DNA of 64,000 bases, taken from contig NW_025767126.1 in assembly GCF_003918875.1 (NCBI RefSeq), forward strand, positions 186,001 through 250,000, written 5' to 3'. The notes under the pieces were generated by a model. That model saw nothing but the letters and a program-made list of their open reading frames with translations. It had not been told where the DNA came from and did not search any database. Position 1 is the first letter of the stretch, and the number at the start of each line of letters is the position of its first letter. Shown here piece by piece: positions 26,376 through 41,300 of this stretch. This DNA comes from Haliotis rubra. Taxonomy: Eukaryota. Position numbers and translations under genes: made by a program.

Positions 26376-29300
26376 TTGTGTTAGACCGTTTCAAACCGTT
26401 GTACTTGAGATATGTTTCTTCTTATACAATACTGGCAAACTGTCCACATATAGAGATCGGTAAATATAACCTTTGAAAATACTCAGGCTGGATAATCTGC
26501 CGGAACTGATTTTGTCAGTAGAGAAAGACAATATAGAGGTGAAAATTATCTGAATGTTTCACTGAACATCAATGATGACATGTCAAGTGTAAACATGTCC
26601 TGTATGCCTTGTAAACAAAGCCTGCCTTATACGGATGATAATAGTGTTTTATAATAGGATGTTATACATTTGACTGCATCGAAAATAATGTTGTGCGTAT
26701 TGTTCAATAGTTCGGATGGGTTGTTTTCAGATGTGGTCAATCATCACGCTGTGTGCTGCTTTGTTGTGTTATGTGGCAACAGGTAGGACATTGATTTGTT
26801 GTGTTATGTGGCAACAGGTAGGACAGTATTTTGTTGTGTTATGTGGCAAGAGGTAGGACAATGATTTGTGGTGTTATGTGACAACAGGTAGGACAATGAT
26901 TTGTTGTGTTATGTGGCAACAGGTACGACAGTTGATTTGTGGTGTTATGTGACAACACGTAGGACAGTATTTTGTTGTGTTATGTGGCAACACTTGTGAC
27001 AATGCCGTGTTGTGTTATGTGGCAACATGTAGAGCAATGTTTTGTAGTACTATGTGGCAACAGGTAGGACGATGCATTTTTGTGTTATTTGATAATAAGT
27101 AGAACAATGCTTTTCTGTGTTATGTGGCAACACTTATGACAAGGCTTTGTTGTGCTATGCGGCTATAAGTAAAGAAATGCTTGGTCATGTGGCAACAGTT
27201 ATGTCAATGTTTTGTTGTGTTATTTGGTAACAGGTAGGACAATGCATTGTTGTACTATGTGGCAACAGCTAGGACAATGTTTTGTTGTGTTATGTGGCAA
27301 CAGGTAGGACAATTCTTTGTTGTGTTATGTGGCAACAATTCGATCAATGCATTGTTGTGTTATTTGGTAACAGGTAGGACAATGCTTTATTGTGTTATGT
27401 GGCAACAGGTAGGACAATGTTTTGTTGTGTTATGTGGCAATATTTCGATCAATGCATTGTTGTGTTATTTGGTAACAGGTAGGACAATGCTTTGTTGTGT
27501 TATGTGGCAATAATTCGATCAATGCATTGTTGTGTTATTTGGTAACAGGTAGGACAATGCTTTGTTGTGTTATGTATACTGTGTTATGTTATGTAAGACA
27601 ACCATGAGTTAGGGGGAGAGAAGATGCGTACGTAAAATGAAATGAGAGAAGAATGACATTAGTCCGGCGACATCAAGCCGAGTAAATATCTGTTTGTGAT
27701 CGTAACACAATAAGATGTAGATAAGATCCTTTCAGTCGTAAAGATATTTCGTGAAACAGATATTACTTATAGAGATCGAGATAGTATTGAAGAAAGTGTC
27801 TGCAACTTGACATTTGGCTGACTCATGTCCAACTTAAACAGTGCCTCACTGTTGTGATATCAATATGGTTGTCCTCATCACCACATAGACTGTGGGAAGG
27901 GTAGCCATGAGCCTCGTTCTGGCACTGCGTGCATTTCATTGTTAGTCTATCATTCAATCAAATAGTTATTGCATGTAAGGCCTCCGGTCCATATACAAAA
28001 GAATTACATATAAGTAGGTTTTACATGTTCGGATATACACTGATCTTTAACAGCTTGTTTCTTAGAGAAATTGCATTTTTAACATACATGTATAGAGCTA
28101 GTTTTAATATAACACCTTCGTCCTTTGAAGAGAGAAGAGAAATAAAAGCAGATACAGGATAATTTGACGGATATCCTTCAGATGTATACTTGTTTCTTAG
28201 ATCACAGTAAAATGGACATACAAAAGTAAAATGAATTTCATTTACAATAGCAAAATGACATAATGGGCACAACCTCTTCGATCTTTCAATGGACATTTTT
28301 CTTCCTTCATTTATCATGAGATCTAAGAATCCAAGTCTAAATTGAATAAATAGACGTCCAAGTTATTTTGATGTTATCACAGACAAGTATTTTTCTGGTT
28401 GAAGAAGACTCTTAAAGGTTCTCCACTATAAAACCCAATATCTGATGCGGCGTCAAGCAATACTCGCTCACTCCACCCCAATCCCATATCACTGTATTTC
28501 AGAGCAGCTTGAAATGGTTGATAAGCCGGTGAGCTTCTCAGAAGCCGAGAAGGAATGTGTTGCAAAAGGTGGCCATCTTGCGTCCATTCATGACCGAAAC
28601 CATAACGACAGGTTGAAGGACATATGCAGAGGTTCTGGTAAGTTCAAGATCTTGTTGCATGGTTGTAGATATAGTAGACAGCAGGGGCGGATGCAGGATT
28701 TTTGAGAAGTGGGGGGGTGCACATATATCATGAAGTCCAAAGGTAAGGGGAAAATGATCCTCAGGGACATCTTCTTTTCCCTCCCCCACCACTTTCCGGA
28801 TCCGCCTTTGGTCAGTGAGTTCTGTTCTGTTCTAGTTGGTTGTGACCGCCTCCGTGGTGTAGTGGTTAGAGCGTCCGCCGGGAGAGCGGAAGGTCGCGGT
28901 TTCGATCCCCGACCGCGTCATACCAAAAGACGTTAAAATATGGTACTTGTTGGTCCCTGCCTGGCGCTCGGGATTAATGGGTACAACAAGGACTGGTCGG
29001 CTCGGAGTCAGTATAATGTGTCTGAGTGGGGTATTCATGCTTCGATGCGGCATGGTAACTCAGTGGGCTAGCATTATAAAACCAGCTTAAGTCTGGGCTA
29101 GTACAAGCAGCTGCACACACATACACACGCATGCACGTCGTCATATGAGCGAAATATTCTCAAGCACAACGTTAAACCAAATTTCACCTCACCTCACATC
29201 TAGTTGGTTGTATCACGCCGACTTTACTCTGTGGTGTAATGGAGGCTGGAAAGTATTAACATTAAATAAGATCAATCAGTCTCTATTATCCGGGAAATCA

Positions 29301-32300
29301 AATTCCAGTAGGCATACAATAACGGTGAATATTGTCTCAATGGGTCACTGAGAATCAACGCTGACAAGTGTCTGCAAAAGCGTCAGCCCTGCCCTACCTG
29401 ACATCACGAACCGAAAATGTGAAACAATTTGTATAAAAGCAATGTCAGCAGTATCCTCGCTATATTACTCGGGTTTGAGTATAATCGAACCTTGGTCATG
29501 AAGTCAAAGGTTGATACATGAGCACCTTTACAGACCCTCGGGTTACGAGGACACACAATCAACCAGGTCACACATTGTAACTGTCTGGTTCTCAGGTAAT
29601 AGACTTCTTCTGGCCTGGAATACTGGCGGGCTCATAAGTATTGGTGGAGAAATATAAGAACACATTGTTATCAATGTACATCAGCCCTGTTTACTACCCC
29701 ACGTAATGGGTACTTTACCTCCGTACTTCACTACCCCCTTGAAAACCTGGGCTAGAATTCTTCTTCAGCAGCCCAATCTTGTGGTCAATGGTGACAAACG
29801 GGATTAGGTGGTCAGACTCACTAACGTGGTTCAAGTACGTTATTGCAGCCAAGTTGCCTATATTGACGCTCACGATGTCAATCATCGGATTGTCTGTTCC
29901 AGACTCGATTATTTGCAAACCGGCGTCAAATGGTAAGAATATTGCAACGTCAAAAAACAAACAAACAAATCCATGATCTGCTATTATAATATGCCAGGTT
30001 CCCCACACAACTGCTGGATTGGTCTGAAGCATGATGGACAAGGCTGGAAGTGGACCGATGGCACCACAGTGGACTACACAATGTGGCATGGCGGTAACAA
30101 ATTCACCCTTCATACATTCTTTTGCTTACATCATACCTTTGTCTCCACGATATATGTTTGACTGACGTCACAAGCTGCAGTGTTCATTAATACAGAGTTC
30201 ACTAATCGATTTTAACTTCCGTTGTCTCCAAATGCGACCTTTCAAAGTTTTACTGCCATCTACACCGAAATGTTAGGGTCGTATTGAAAGAATATAAAAT
30301 TAAAATTTGAAGTCAACTGTCTTCATTTTGTACGTATTCCTTAAACGTCCATGCATACTCCTTGGCATACTTGACACTTTTCAGCTATCGTTCTCTGGTA
30401 AGTCGGGGCGTTGGGGTAGCCTAGTGGTTAAAGCGTTCGCTCGTCACGTTGAAGAGCCGGGTTCGATTCCCTACATGGGTACAATGTGTGAAGCCCATTT
30501 CTGGTGTCTCCACCATTACTGGAATATTGCTAAAGCGGCGTAAAACTAAACTCACTCACTCTCCGTCATATGTCAAGGATCACTGTAGGACGTTGGTCTT
30601 TGTGGGCTTTTTTTATTCCTGTGTATCTGTGTATCGTTTTGTGTGAGTAGTATTGCAAAAAACGCAAAAACTATCACGTGCACTTTCGGCGTATGTTCTG
30701 CCTTTTGGAAAAAAAGAAACGTTCGTTGAACGACGTCCCCCTCTGCAATGGAATCGTATCCTTGTGACTGGTTGAACGTCATTGTTAATTACTGTCAGTT
30801 AAAGTCGCCTTGGCGATTAACTACCATAGTCCGTGGAATCTAGCACAGGGGTGTAACGAGTTTTTTAACATTGATTTTTCATGTAAACTTAGTAAAAACC
30901 GAGGTGTTGGTGTTAACATTTATTCGTAAAGTACCTATAATATGGCGTGTCATCTAAATAGGAAAGGAAAATCTAAGTGATGACGATCATAGGTATCCAA
31001 TTTGGAGAAAATGTCGATCACGGAATGGTAAGAAACCTAAACAGCAAAGAATCATATCGGAATAATGATTATCGGATCCACGCAGATGTCTATACACGAA
31101 CGGGGTATCTAAGTCCCCTGGACAAATCATTAGACCCTTATTTAGAAAGAAAAACACCTGTAACTCATTTCTCCATTTTTCATCAATTTCAGGAAGCCCC
31201 TCCACTGAGGCCGGGGCTGTGTGTGCCGCCATCGTCAGTCAGTACTCCAACGTTGGCGAGTGGATGGCGGAGAAATGTGATGCCCCCGAGACGAAAGCAG
31301 TGGCGCTGTGTTCCATCGGTGGAAGCCAGAACCCCAACACAGGAAATCAGAACACACCAAACCCGAACACAGGACACACCAACCAACCAGTGACGTCACA
31401 ACCCGTTCTTATGGCAGTACCTAATTTAGGGAAGGCTCCAGCTCGAAGTACGTGAAGACGTCATGTGAATGGAATCTCTTTAATTATTATATTAATATAC
31501 ACGTAACCAATAGTTCTTATCTAATATTTATTAGTAAGAATCAAATGTCTTTCACAATGAAAAGAGATGTTATTACATGTATACCCAAGCCAGATAAAAA
31601 CAGAACCCTTTTAAAAAACTGGAGACCAATAACTTTATTGAATTCACTGTATAAAATAGTAAGTACTTGTATTTCTAATCGTTTTAAAACAGCCCTGTAC
31701 TCTCTTATACATGAAAATCAGACTGGTTTTATACCTGGTAGAAATATAAGCGAAAACACAAGATTACTCTATGACATTATGTTTGAGACAAAAAGAAGAG
31801 ACATCCCAGGTTTATTAATTTTATTTAAAATGAAAATATCAAAGGTATAGTAATTGATGATACAGAGTATAAATTAGGACAATATGCAGATGATACTGAG
31901 TTGATTTTAGATGGTACAGAAAAATGTCTATATTCTGCTGTTGATGCAATTAATACTTTCTATATGATGTCAGGACTAAAAATAAATATTGATAAGACTA
32001 AAGCTATCTGGATTGGATCTAAAGCAGGTTGTAGTGATAAACTATGTCAGGATTTGAATATTGAATGGCGAAAAAATGAATTTGTTGTTCTGGGAATTAT
32101 ACTTAATGCTGAACTGAAGGATCTATGGATCATCAATACAAAGAAAAAACTAGAGGAAATTAACAGATTATTGGCAGTGTGGAGAAAAAGACATTTAACA
32201 TTAATCGGCAAAATCACTGTTATCAAGACACTAGCTATGTCAAAATTAGTTCATATTTTCAATACTTTACCAAACCCACCCCAAGATTTTGTTACCTCCC

Positions 32301-35300
32301 TTGATAAAATATTTTTCAAATTCATCTGGACTGACAAAACTGACAAAATTAAGAGAAGTACCTTGAAAAAGATTATATACATGGGGGTTTAAGAATTATC
32401 GACATAAAACCTTTTATCAATGCCTTGAAACTATCCACTTTGAGACTTTATTTAAGAAAATCATCAATATGTAATCCATGCAATTTTCCGTTACATGATA
32501 TCATGAAATTTGGTGCTAATTTCTATAATATTGCTGATATTAATAATCCATATTGGAAAGATGTTTTAAGAGCATGGAACATGTATTGTACTAACATTAC
32601 CATAGAGGAAAACAACATTGATGAAATTTTAGCACAGCCATTGTGGTTTAATCATAATTTTAAATACCAAAATCATTATATCAGTCATTGGGCAAATAAA
32701 GGACTATTAACCATCAAAGACATGTGTGATGAAGAGGTTTGATGTCTTTTTGAATCTTTAAAAAGTAAATATGCAATAAAAGGGACAGAATTAGATCATA
32801 GATATGTTCTAAATAATATACCTGAATCATGGAAGAATACAATAACAAATCACAGGTGTATAAATAACTATGACATGAATCTTAACTCCTATCAAAAGAA
32901 TTTTATGAAATCATTACAAGGATCAAGATTATTTTATGATATATTGTTATTTAACAATAATAACCGTCATATGAGTCATAAATGGGAGAATGTGTTTGAA
33001 GATACTGACTTTGATTGGCCAATGATTTTTAAGTCTTACAGACAAGACATTAATGATGTAAAACTCTTAGAGTTCCAATATAAATTTTTACACGGTATTA
33101 TCTATACCAAAAAGGAACTTTTAAAAATGAACCTTATCCAGAGCGCCTCATGCAGCTTTTGTTAAGATGAAGGTGAAAACTTGTGCCATGTTTACTGGGA
33201 ATGTAGTGAAACTAAGAAGTTTTGGAAGGATCTTCAAATTTGGATTAACACTTATTTGATACAAAAAGTCAATTTGACAAAATATGTGGTGTATTTTGGC
33301 TCCTTAAGTAAAAACCCATTACTTAATCATATAATCATTTCAGCAAAAAGACAGATCTATGTCTCTTCTTTGAAAAACAACATTCAAAAATGCGATAACT
33401 TTATAAAGACTTTAAAAGATATTTTTTTCTGTTGAAAGCTTCATTGCCAAAAGGAAGAATAAAATGAAGAAATTTGCTAATAAATGGCATCCATTATTCC
33501 CAGTATTCAAACCTGACCTGTGTATGAAGCAACCGCTTCTTTTGTAAAATCTTGATCTGTTTCCCCTTTTGAAAAATTATCTTTGTTTTAGTTATATATT
33601 GACTAGTTAGTTAATGGCACTGGTGTAACTTTGGGGAACACATATTATAGGTTGGATATAAGACACAATATACAACACAATAAGCCGGATGTTGCGCAAT
33701 ATATAACACAACACATTGGATGTGACACAAGACACAGCATGACATGTCAGAATAATTGTGGCACTATATACAACATATGTTAGATAAGACATATTTACAA
33801 TGTATATCAGATAATACACTATGTACAACACGATAGATTGGCCGTGACGCTATATACAATATGCTATGTCGGGTGTTGCACTATATACAGTATGATATGT
33901 CAGATGTGGCGCTATATACAACATGGTATGTCAGATGTGGCGCCGTATACAACAAAATATGTTGAATGTGTATGCAATATACAACATGATATGTTGGATG
34001 TGACACAATATACAGCTTGATATATCAGATGTGGTGCTATAAACAATATGATATGTTCATATATGATGCTATTTACAACATGACATATGGGATGTAATAC
34101 TATATACTTATGATATATCAGATATGACATTACATCCAACTTATGATGGAAGACTTTACTTTTTCATGAAAATAAAAAAAAATTGATTGAAAAAAATAAA
34201 TAGATAAATAGTTCTTATCTAATATTTAGTACATGTAAATGGAATTTGTGTTCAAGGAGTGAGTTTGGTTAAACGCTGCCTCGAACAAAATTCGGTCACG
34301 AAGCGTTGGCTTGATGTGAATGGAAAGCACGAAAAGTGATAAAGGTTCAGCACTCACGCGAGTATCTGGTACATGTGTATGATAGTTGTTTTCAAAGGAG
34401 TGAGTTTGTTTTTCACGAACCTACACTATTAAATACTTCTTCCCGTTGTTTTCCATGACTCCATACTCTTAGATAACTCTTCACGTTATTTTCCGTGACC
34501 CCATACTATTAAATACCTCTTCACGTTGTGTCCCGTGACCACATACTGTTAGATAACACTTCACGTTGTTTTCCGTGACCCCATACTGTTAGATAACTCT
34601 TCACGTTGTGTCCCGTGACCACATACTGTTAGATAACACTTCACGTTGTTTTCCGTGACCCCATACTGTTAGATAACTTTTCACGTTGTTTTCCGTGATC
34701 CCATACTGGTAGAAAACTCTTCACGTTGTTTTCTGTGACCCTACACTATTAAATACTTCTTCCCGTTGTTTTCCGTGACCTCATACTGTTAGATAACTCT
34801 TCACGTTGTTTTCCGTGACCCCATACTATTAGATAACTCTTCAAGTTGTTTTCCATGAACCGATACTGTTAGATAACTCTTCACGTTGTTTTCCGTGACC
34901 TCATACTGTTAGATAACTCTTCACGTTGTTTTCCATGACCCCATACTGTTAGATAACTCTTCACGTTGTTTTCCGTGACCCCATACTGTTAGATAATTCT
35001 TCACGTTGTTTTCCGTGACCCCATACTGTTAGATAACTCTTCACGTTGTTTTCCGTGACCCCATACTGTTAGATAACTCTTCACGTTGTTTTCCGTGACC
35101 CCATACTGTTACATAACTCTTCCCGTTGTTTTCCGTGACCCCATACTGTTAGATAACTCTTCATGTTGTTTTCCATGACCCCATACTGTTAGATAACTCT
35201 TCACGTTGTTTTCCGTGACCCCATACTGTTAGATAACTCTTCACGTTGTTTTCCGTGACCCCATACTGTTAGATAACTCTTCACGTTGTTTTCCGTGACC

Positions 35301-38300
35301 CCATACTGTTAGATAATTCTTCACGTTGTTTTCCGTGACCCCATACTGTAAGATAACTCTTCACGTTGTTTTCCGTGACCCCATACTGTTAGATAACTCT
35401 TCACGTTGTTTTCCGTGACCCCATACTGTTAGATAACTCTTCCCGTTGTTTTCCGTGACCCCATACTGTTAGATAACTCTTCACGTTGTTTTCCATGACC
35501 CCATACTGTAAGATAACTCTTCACGTTGTTGTCCGTGACCCCATACTGTTAGATAACCTATCCCGTTGTTTTCCGTGACCACATACTGTTAGATAACCAC
35601 GTTGTTTTCCGTGACCCCATACTGTTAGATAACTCTTCACGTTGTTTTCCGTGACCCCATACTGTTAGATAACTCTTCACGTTGTTGTCCGTGACCCCAT
35701 ACTGTTAGATAACTCTTCACGTTGTTGTCCGTGACCCCATACTGTTAGATAACTCTTCACGTTGTTTTCCGTGACCCCATACTGTTAGATAACTCTTCAC
35801 GTTGTTTTCCGTGACCCCATACTGTTAGATAACTCTTCACGTTGTTGTCCGTGACCACATACTGTTAGATAACTCTTCACGTTGTTTTCCGTGACCCCAT
35901 ACTGTTAGATAACTCTTCACGTTGTTTTCCGTGACCCCATACTGTTAGATAACTCTTCACGTTGTTGTCCGTGACCCCATACTGTTAGATAACTCTTCAC
36001 GTTGTTTTCCGTGACCACATACTGTTAGATAACTCTTCACGTTGTTTTCCGTGACCCCATACTGTTAGATAACTCTTCACGTTGTTTTCCGTGACCCCAT
36101 ACTGTTAGATAACTCTTCACGTTGTTGTCCGTGACCCCATACTGTTAGATAACTCTTCACGTTGTTTTCCGTGACCCCATACTGTTAGATAACTCTACAA
36201 AGTTGTTTTCCGTGACTCCATACTGTTAGATAACTCTTCACGTTGTTTTCCGTGACCCCATACTGTTAGATAACTCTTCACGTTGTTTTCCGTGACCCCA
36301 TACTGGTAGATAACTCTTCACGTTGTTTTCCGTGACCCCATACTGTTAGATAACTCTTCACGTTGTTTTCCGTGACCCCATACTGTTAGATAACTCTTCA
36401 CGTTGTTTTCCGTGACCCCATACTGTTAGATAACTCTTCACGTTGTTTTCCGTGACCCCATACTGTTAGATAACTCTTCACGTTGTTGTCCGTGACCCCA
36501 TACTGTTAGATAACTCTTCACGTTGTTTTCCGTGACCCCATACTGTTAGATAACTCTTCACGTTGTTTTCCGTGACTCCATACTGTTAGATAACTCTTCA
36601 CGTTGTTTTCCGTGACCCCATACTGTTAGATAACTCTTCACGTTGTTTTCCGTGATCCCATACTGGTAGAAAACTCTTCACGTTGTTTTCCGTGATCCCA
36701 TACAGTTAGATAACTCTTCACGTTGTTTTCCGTGACCCCATACTGTTAGATAACTCTTCACGTTGTTTTCCGTGACCCCATACTGTTAGATAACTCTTCA
36801 CGTTGTTTTCCGTGACCCCATACTGTTAGATAACTCTTCACGTTGTTTTCCGTGATCCCATACTCTTCACGTTGTTTTCCGTGATCCCATACAGTTAGAT
36901 AACTCTTCACGTTGTTTTCCGTGACCCCATACAGTTGGATAACTCTTCACGTTAGTGACCCATACTGTTAGATATTTCTTCCGTTGTTTTCAGTGACCCC
37001 ATACTGTTAGATAACTCTTCACGTTGTTTTTCCGTGACCCGATACTGTTGGTGACTCTTCACGTTGTTTTTCCGTGACCCGATACTGTTAGATAACTCTT
37101 CACGTTGTTTTCCGTGACCTCATACTGTTAATAAATTCTTCCCGTTGTTTTCTCGTGATGATCCATACTGGTAGATAAACTCTTCCCGTTGTTTTCCGTG
37201 ACCCTGGGTACACTGTTAAATAACTCTTCGTTGTTTTCCGTGACCTATTACTGATAGATAACTCTTCACGTTGTTTTCCGTGACTTCATACTGTTAGATG
37301 ACTTCTTCACGTTGTTTTCCGTGACCTCATGCTGGTAGATAACTTATTGTTTTCCGTGACCCGATACTGTTAGATAACTTTTCGTGACCTCATACTGTTA
37401 GATAACTCTTCCGTTGTTTTCCGTGACTCCATACTGTTAGATAACTCTTCACGTTCTTTTAGCGTGACCCTATACTGTTAGATAACTCTTCACGTTGTTT
37501 CCATGACCCCATACTGTAGACCCCATACGTTGTTAGATAACTCTTCTTCCGTTGTTTTCCGTGACCCCATACTGTTAGATAACTCTTCACGTTGTTTTCC
37601 ATGACCCCATACTGTTAGATAACTCTTCACGTTGTTTTCCGTGACCCCATACTGTTAGATAACTCTTCACGTTGTTTTCCGTGACCCCATACTGTTAGAT
37701 AACTCTTCACGTTGTTTTCCGTGACCCCATACTGTTAGATAACTCTTCACGTTGTTTTCCGTGACCCCATACTGTTAGATAACTCTTCACGTTGTTTTCC
37801 GTGACCTCATACTGTTAGATAACTCTTCACGTTGTTTTCCGTGACCCCATACTGTTAGATAACTCTTCACGTTGTTTTCCGTGATCCCATACTGGTAGAA
37901 AACTCTTCACGTTGTTTTCCGTGATCCCATACAGTTAGATAACTCTTCACGTTGTTTTCCGTGACTCCATACAGTTAGATAACTCTTCACGTTGTTTTCC
38001 GTGACCCCATACTGTTAGATAATTCTTCACGTTGTTTTCCGTGACCCCATACTGTTAGATAACTCTTCACGTTGTTTTCCGTGACCCCATACTGTTAGAT
38101 AATTCTTCACGTTGTTTTCCGTGACCTCATACTGGTAGATAACTCTTCCCGTTGTTTTCCGTGATCCCATACTGGTAGAAAACTCTTCACGTTGTTTTCT
38201 GTGACCCTACACTATTAAATACTTCTTCCCGTTGTTTTCCGTGACCCCATACTGTTAGATAACTCTTCACGTTGTTTTCCGTGACTTCATACTGTTAGAT

Positions 38301-41300
38301 GACTCTTCACGTTGTTTTCCGTGACCCCATACTGTTAGATAATTCTTCACGTTGTTTTCTGTGACCCAATACTGTTAGATAACTCTTCACGTTGTTTTCT
38401 GTGACCCCATACTGTTAGATAACTCTTCACGTTGTTTTCCGTGACTCCATACTGTTAGATAACTCTTCACGTTCTTTTCCATGGCCCCATACTGTTAGAT
38501 AATTCTTCGCGTTGTTTTCCGTGACTCCATACTGTTAGATAACTCTTCACTTTGTTTTCCATGACCCCATACTGTTAGATAACTCTTCACTTTGTTTTCC
38601 GTGACCTCATACTGTTAGATAACTCTTCACGTTGTTTTCTGTGACCTCATACTGGTAGATAACTCTTTACCTTGTTTTCCAGAGGGGACACGGTTGATCG
38701 TGAAGGGCACTCACTTTGAACAAAACGGCAAGAAGGTTTTTCTATCCGGCGTCAACCAGGCTTGGGTATCCAACGGGCACGACTTCGGAGACAACAACTA
38801 CGAATACAGACACCTAGATTTTGAAAAGTACCTGAAGATGGTTGCCGACAATGGCGGCAATTCTATTCGTATGTATCACACAATCTACACATAAGGAATT
38901 TGTAACATTATTTTTTTGGTCTTGAACAACAAGAATTGGGTAGATATGACTGCGTTCAGGTTTTCTGGTGTCAGGACTTACCGTTACTGCAGCAATATCG
39001 AAGCTGGACACATTGCACCCATCTGAGACTCGAAACCAGTGGATAGTTTTTTCTTGTTCTTCGGCATTGTTGATACCTGTTTGTATAATTCGAGATGATT
39101 TATTACGTGGTCTTCAGGTCTTTACAGTTTGAATTGTATCATTTCTTCTTCTTCATTTCACTTGCACAAGGTGAAATGTGAAGCAGCCAGGTGAGTGAGT
39201 GAGTGAGTTTATTTGGACCAAAATATCCAGTGATCAACAACATGAGCTTCGATCTACGCAATTGGGATACGACGACATATGTCAACCAAGTCAGCAAGCC
39301 TGACCACCCGATCCTGTTAGTCGTCTCTTACGACCAGCATGGGTTACTGAAGATCAATTCTATCCCGGATCTTCACGGGTATGCAGTCAGTAGAAGGTGC
39401 ATGGTCAGTAGCACAGTGGACATCATACCGTGGTGTATCTGTTGATGACAACATATAGTTATCAGCCATTATTCTACATTGACGAGATAGGACGATTTCA
39501 ATTTAAATAGATCAGAGTTGTTCGCAAGGAGTGCTTTCTGAGTTGATGGTAAAAAATGATTTATCACACAAGTTCCCAATCCCGGCTTTGAAATCTCCGC
39601 AGACATCTAGTCTACTTTTAGGTCCATATAGGACCAATTTCTGTTCTTAGGATGTAAAAGGGTCATTTTATTTTTCTTTCATTACAACTGTGAAGATCCG
39701 GTTAGGACTGGTCTTCAGCAACCCATGCTTGTCGTAAGAGGCGACCGGGTGGCCGACTTGGTTTATGCATGTCATCGTATCTCAGCTGCGTAGATAGATG
39801 CTCGTGGTGTCAATTACTGGATTGTCTGGTCAAGACTCGATTATTTTCAGACCGCCACCATATAGCTGGAATATTGCTGAGTGTGGCGTTAAACAACAAA
39901 CAAGCAAATATGTCCACATGCTGGCGTTTCCAGAAGGGATTAAAAAAACTTCATATCAGGATGTTCTTTACTAATCATAGTTTCGCGCATTTGCTCCCAC
40001 AGTCGTTTCAGAGAATATTAACAGTTGAAGAAAGAAAGGAATGAAGGCTTCCTTTAATATCACATGTTCATACATACATGTTCATCTAGGTGTGTGGGTG
40101 CACGATGAGGGAGCAGTCTCTCCCCATTTCGACTCATCTGGCATGGTCGTGAGCCTGGATCAGAAGGGCACCTTCATCAGCGACATCAAGAAGTACCTGC
40201 GGAAGGCCCTGGAGTACAACATCCTTGTCTTCTTCTGTCTGTGGAACGGGGCCCAGGCGCAGAATGACCACATCCACATTGACGGGTTAATCAAAGTAAT
40301 TTGGACCTATATACGTCATTATTTTGTCTTTCACTCCATTTATCATCTCTTTTGATGAACAAACAGATAATGTACTTGACAAAAAAAAGGATTTGTGATA
40401 CAATGAATACAATCACCCGTAAAGAAAACCACAGGAAGACACCTAATATTGGCAATAGTTTTGACTTGCTCCGCTCGTCACGCCGAAGACCCGGGTTCGA
40501 TTCCCCACATGAGTACGATGTGTGAAGCCCATTTCTGGTGTCCCCAGCCGTGATATTGCTGGGATATTGCTAAAGGATAAAACTCTCATTCAGTTATTCC
40601 GAGAGGCAGGAATGGTAGGAAAGGGGTTCAACAAGAGATATACTGTATACAATGGTTTACCTGGATCCTGGGTGTAAGGGCTTCCGTGGATCCCTCCCCA
40701 CCCCACCACCCCACCCTCCTTTTATGAAAATTCCGTCAAGGGTATAGGTTCAAAATATCCATGTTTAGCCCGTGAGTAATCATTGGTCTGTCAGCCTCAC
40801 TGTCGTCTTTGTAGGAGCCTCCAAAGTTGATGATGGAATAGTTATTTGATATTGTCCCTATTCTACTGCAACAGAGTCACACATGCCTAGGGCTGTTTTT
40901 TTAAAAACACATCATGTGCCCTTTTCTTTCAGACACGTGTCCAAAGCATACACTTCGAATGGCTGCTGCCTAGTCCAGATAAATGCGTCACTTCTCCCAC
41001 AATACTTTGCCAAGTTCATAGAACTGTGATACTGCACAAATAGTTAGACCCTATCATTCACGTTTTCAGGACGAAGCTAAGCTGCAGTCGTACATAGACA
41101 ATGCCCTGATCCCGTGGGTGAAGGCGGTGAAGGACGAGCCCTCAATGGGAGGCTGGGACATCATCAACGAGTTTGAGGGAGAAGTCAAACCAAACCTGGC
41201 CAACGCGGAACCCTGTTTTGATACAAACTTCCTGCTGAACTCCGGGGCAGGTTGGGCGGGCAAGCTGTACACGGCGCAGCAGTTTCTGAAGTACGTATAC

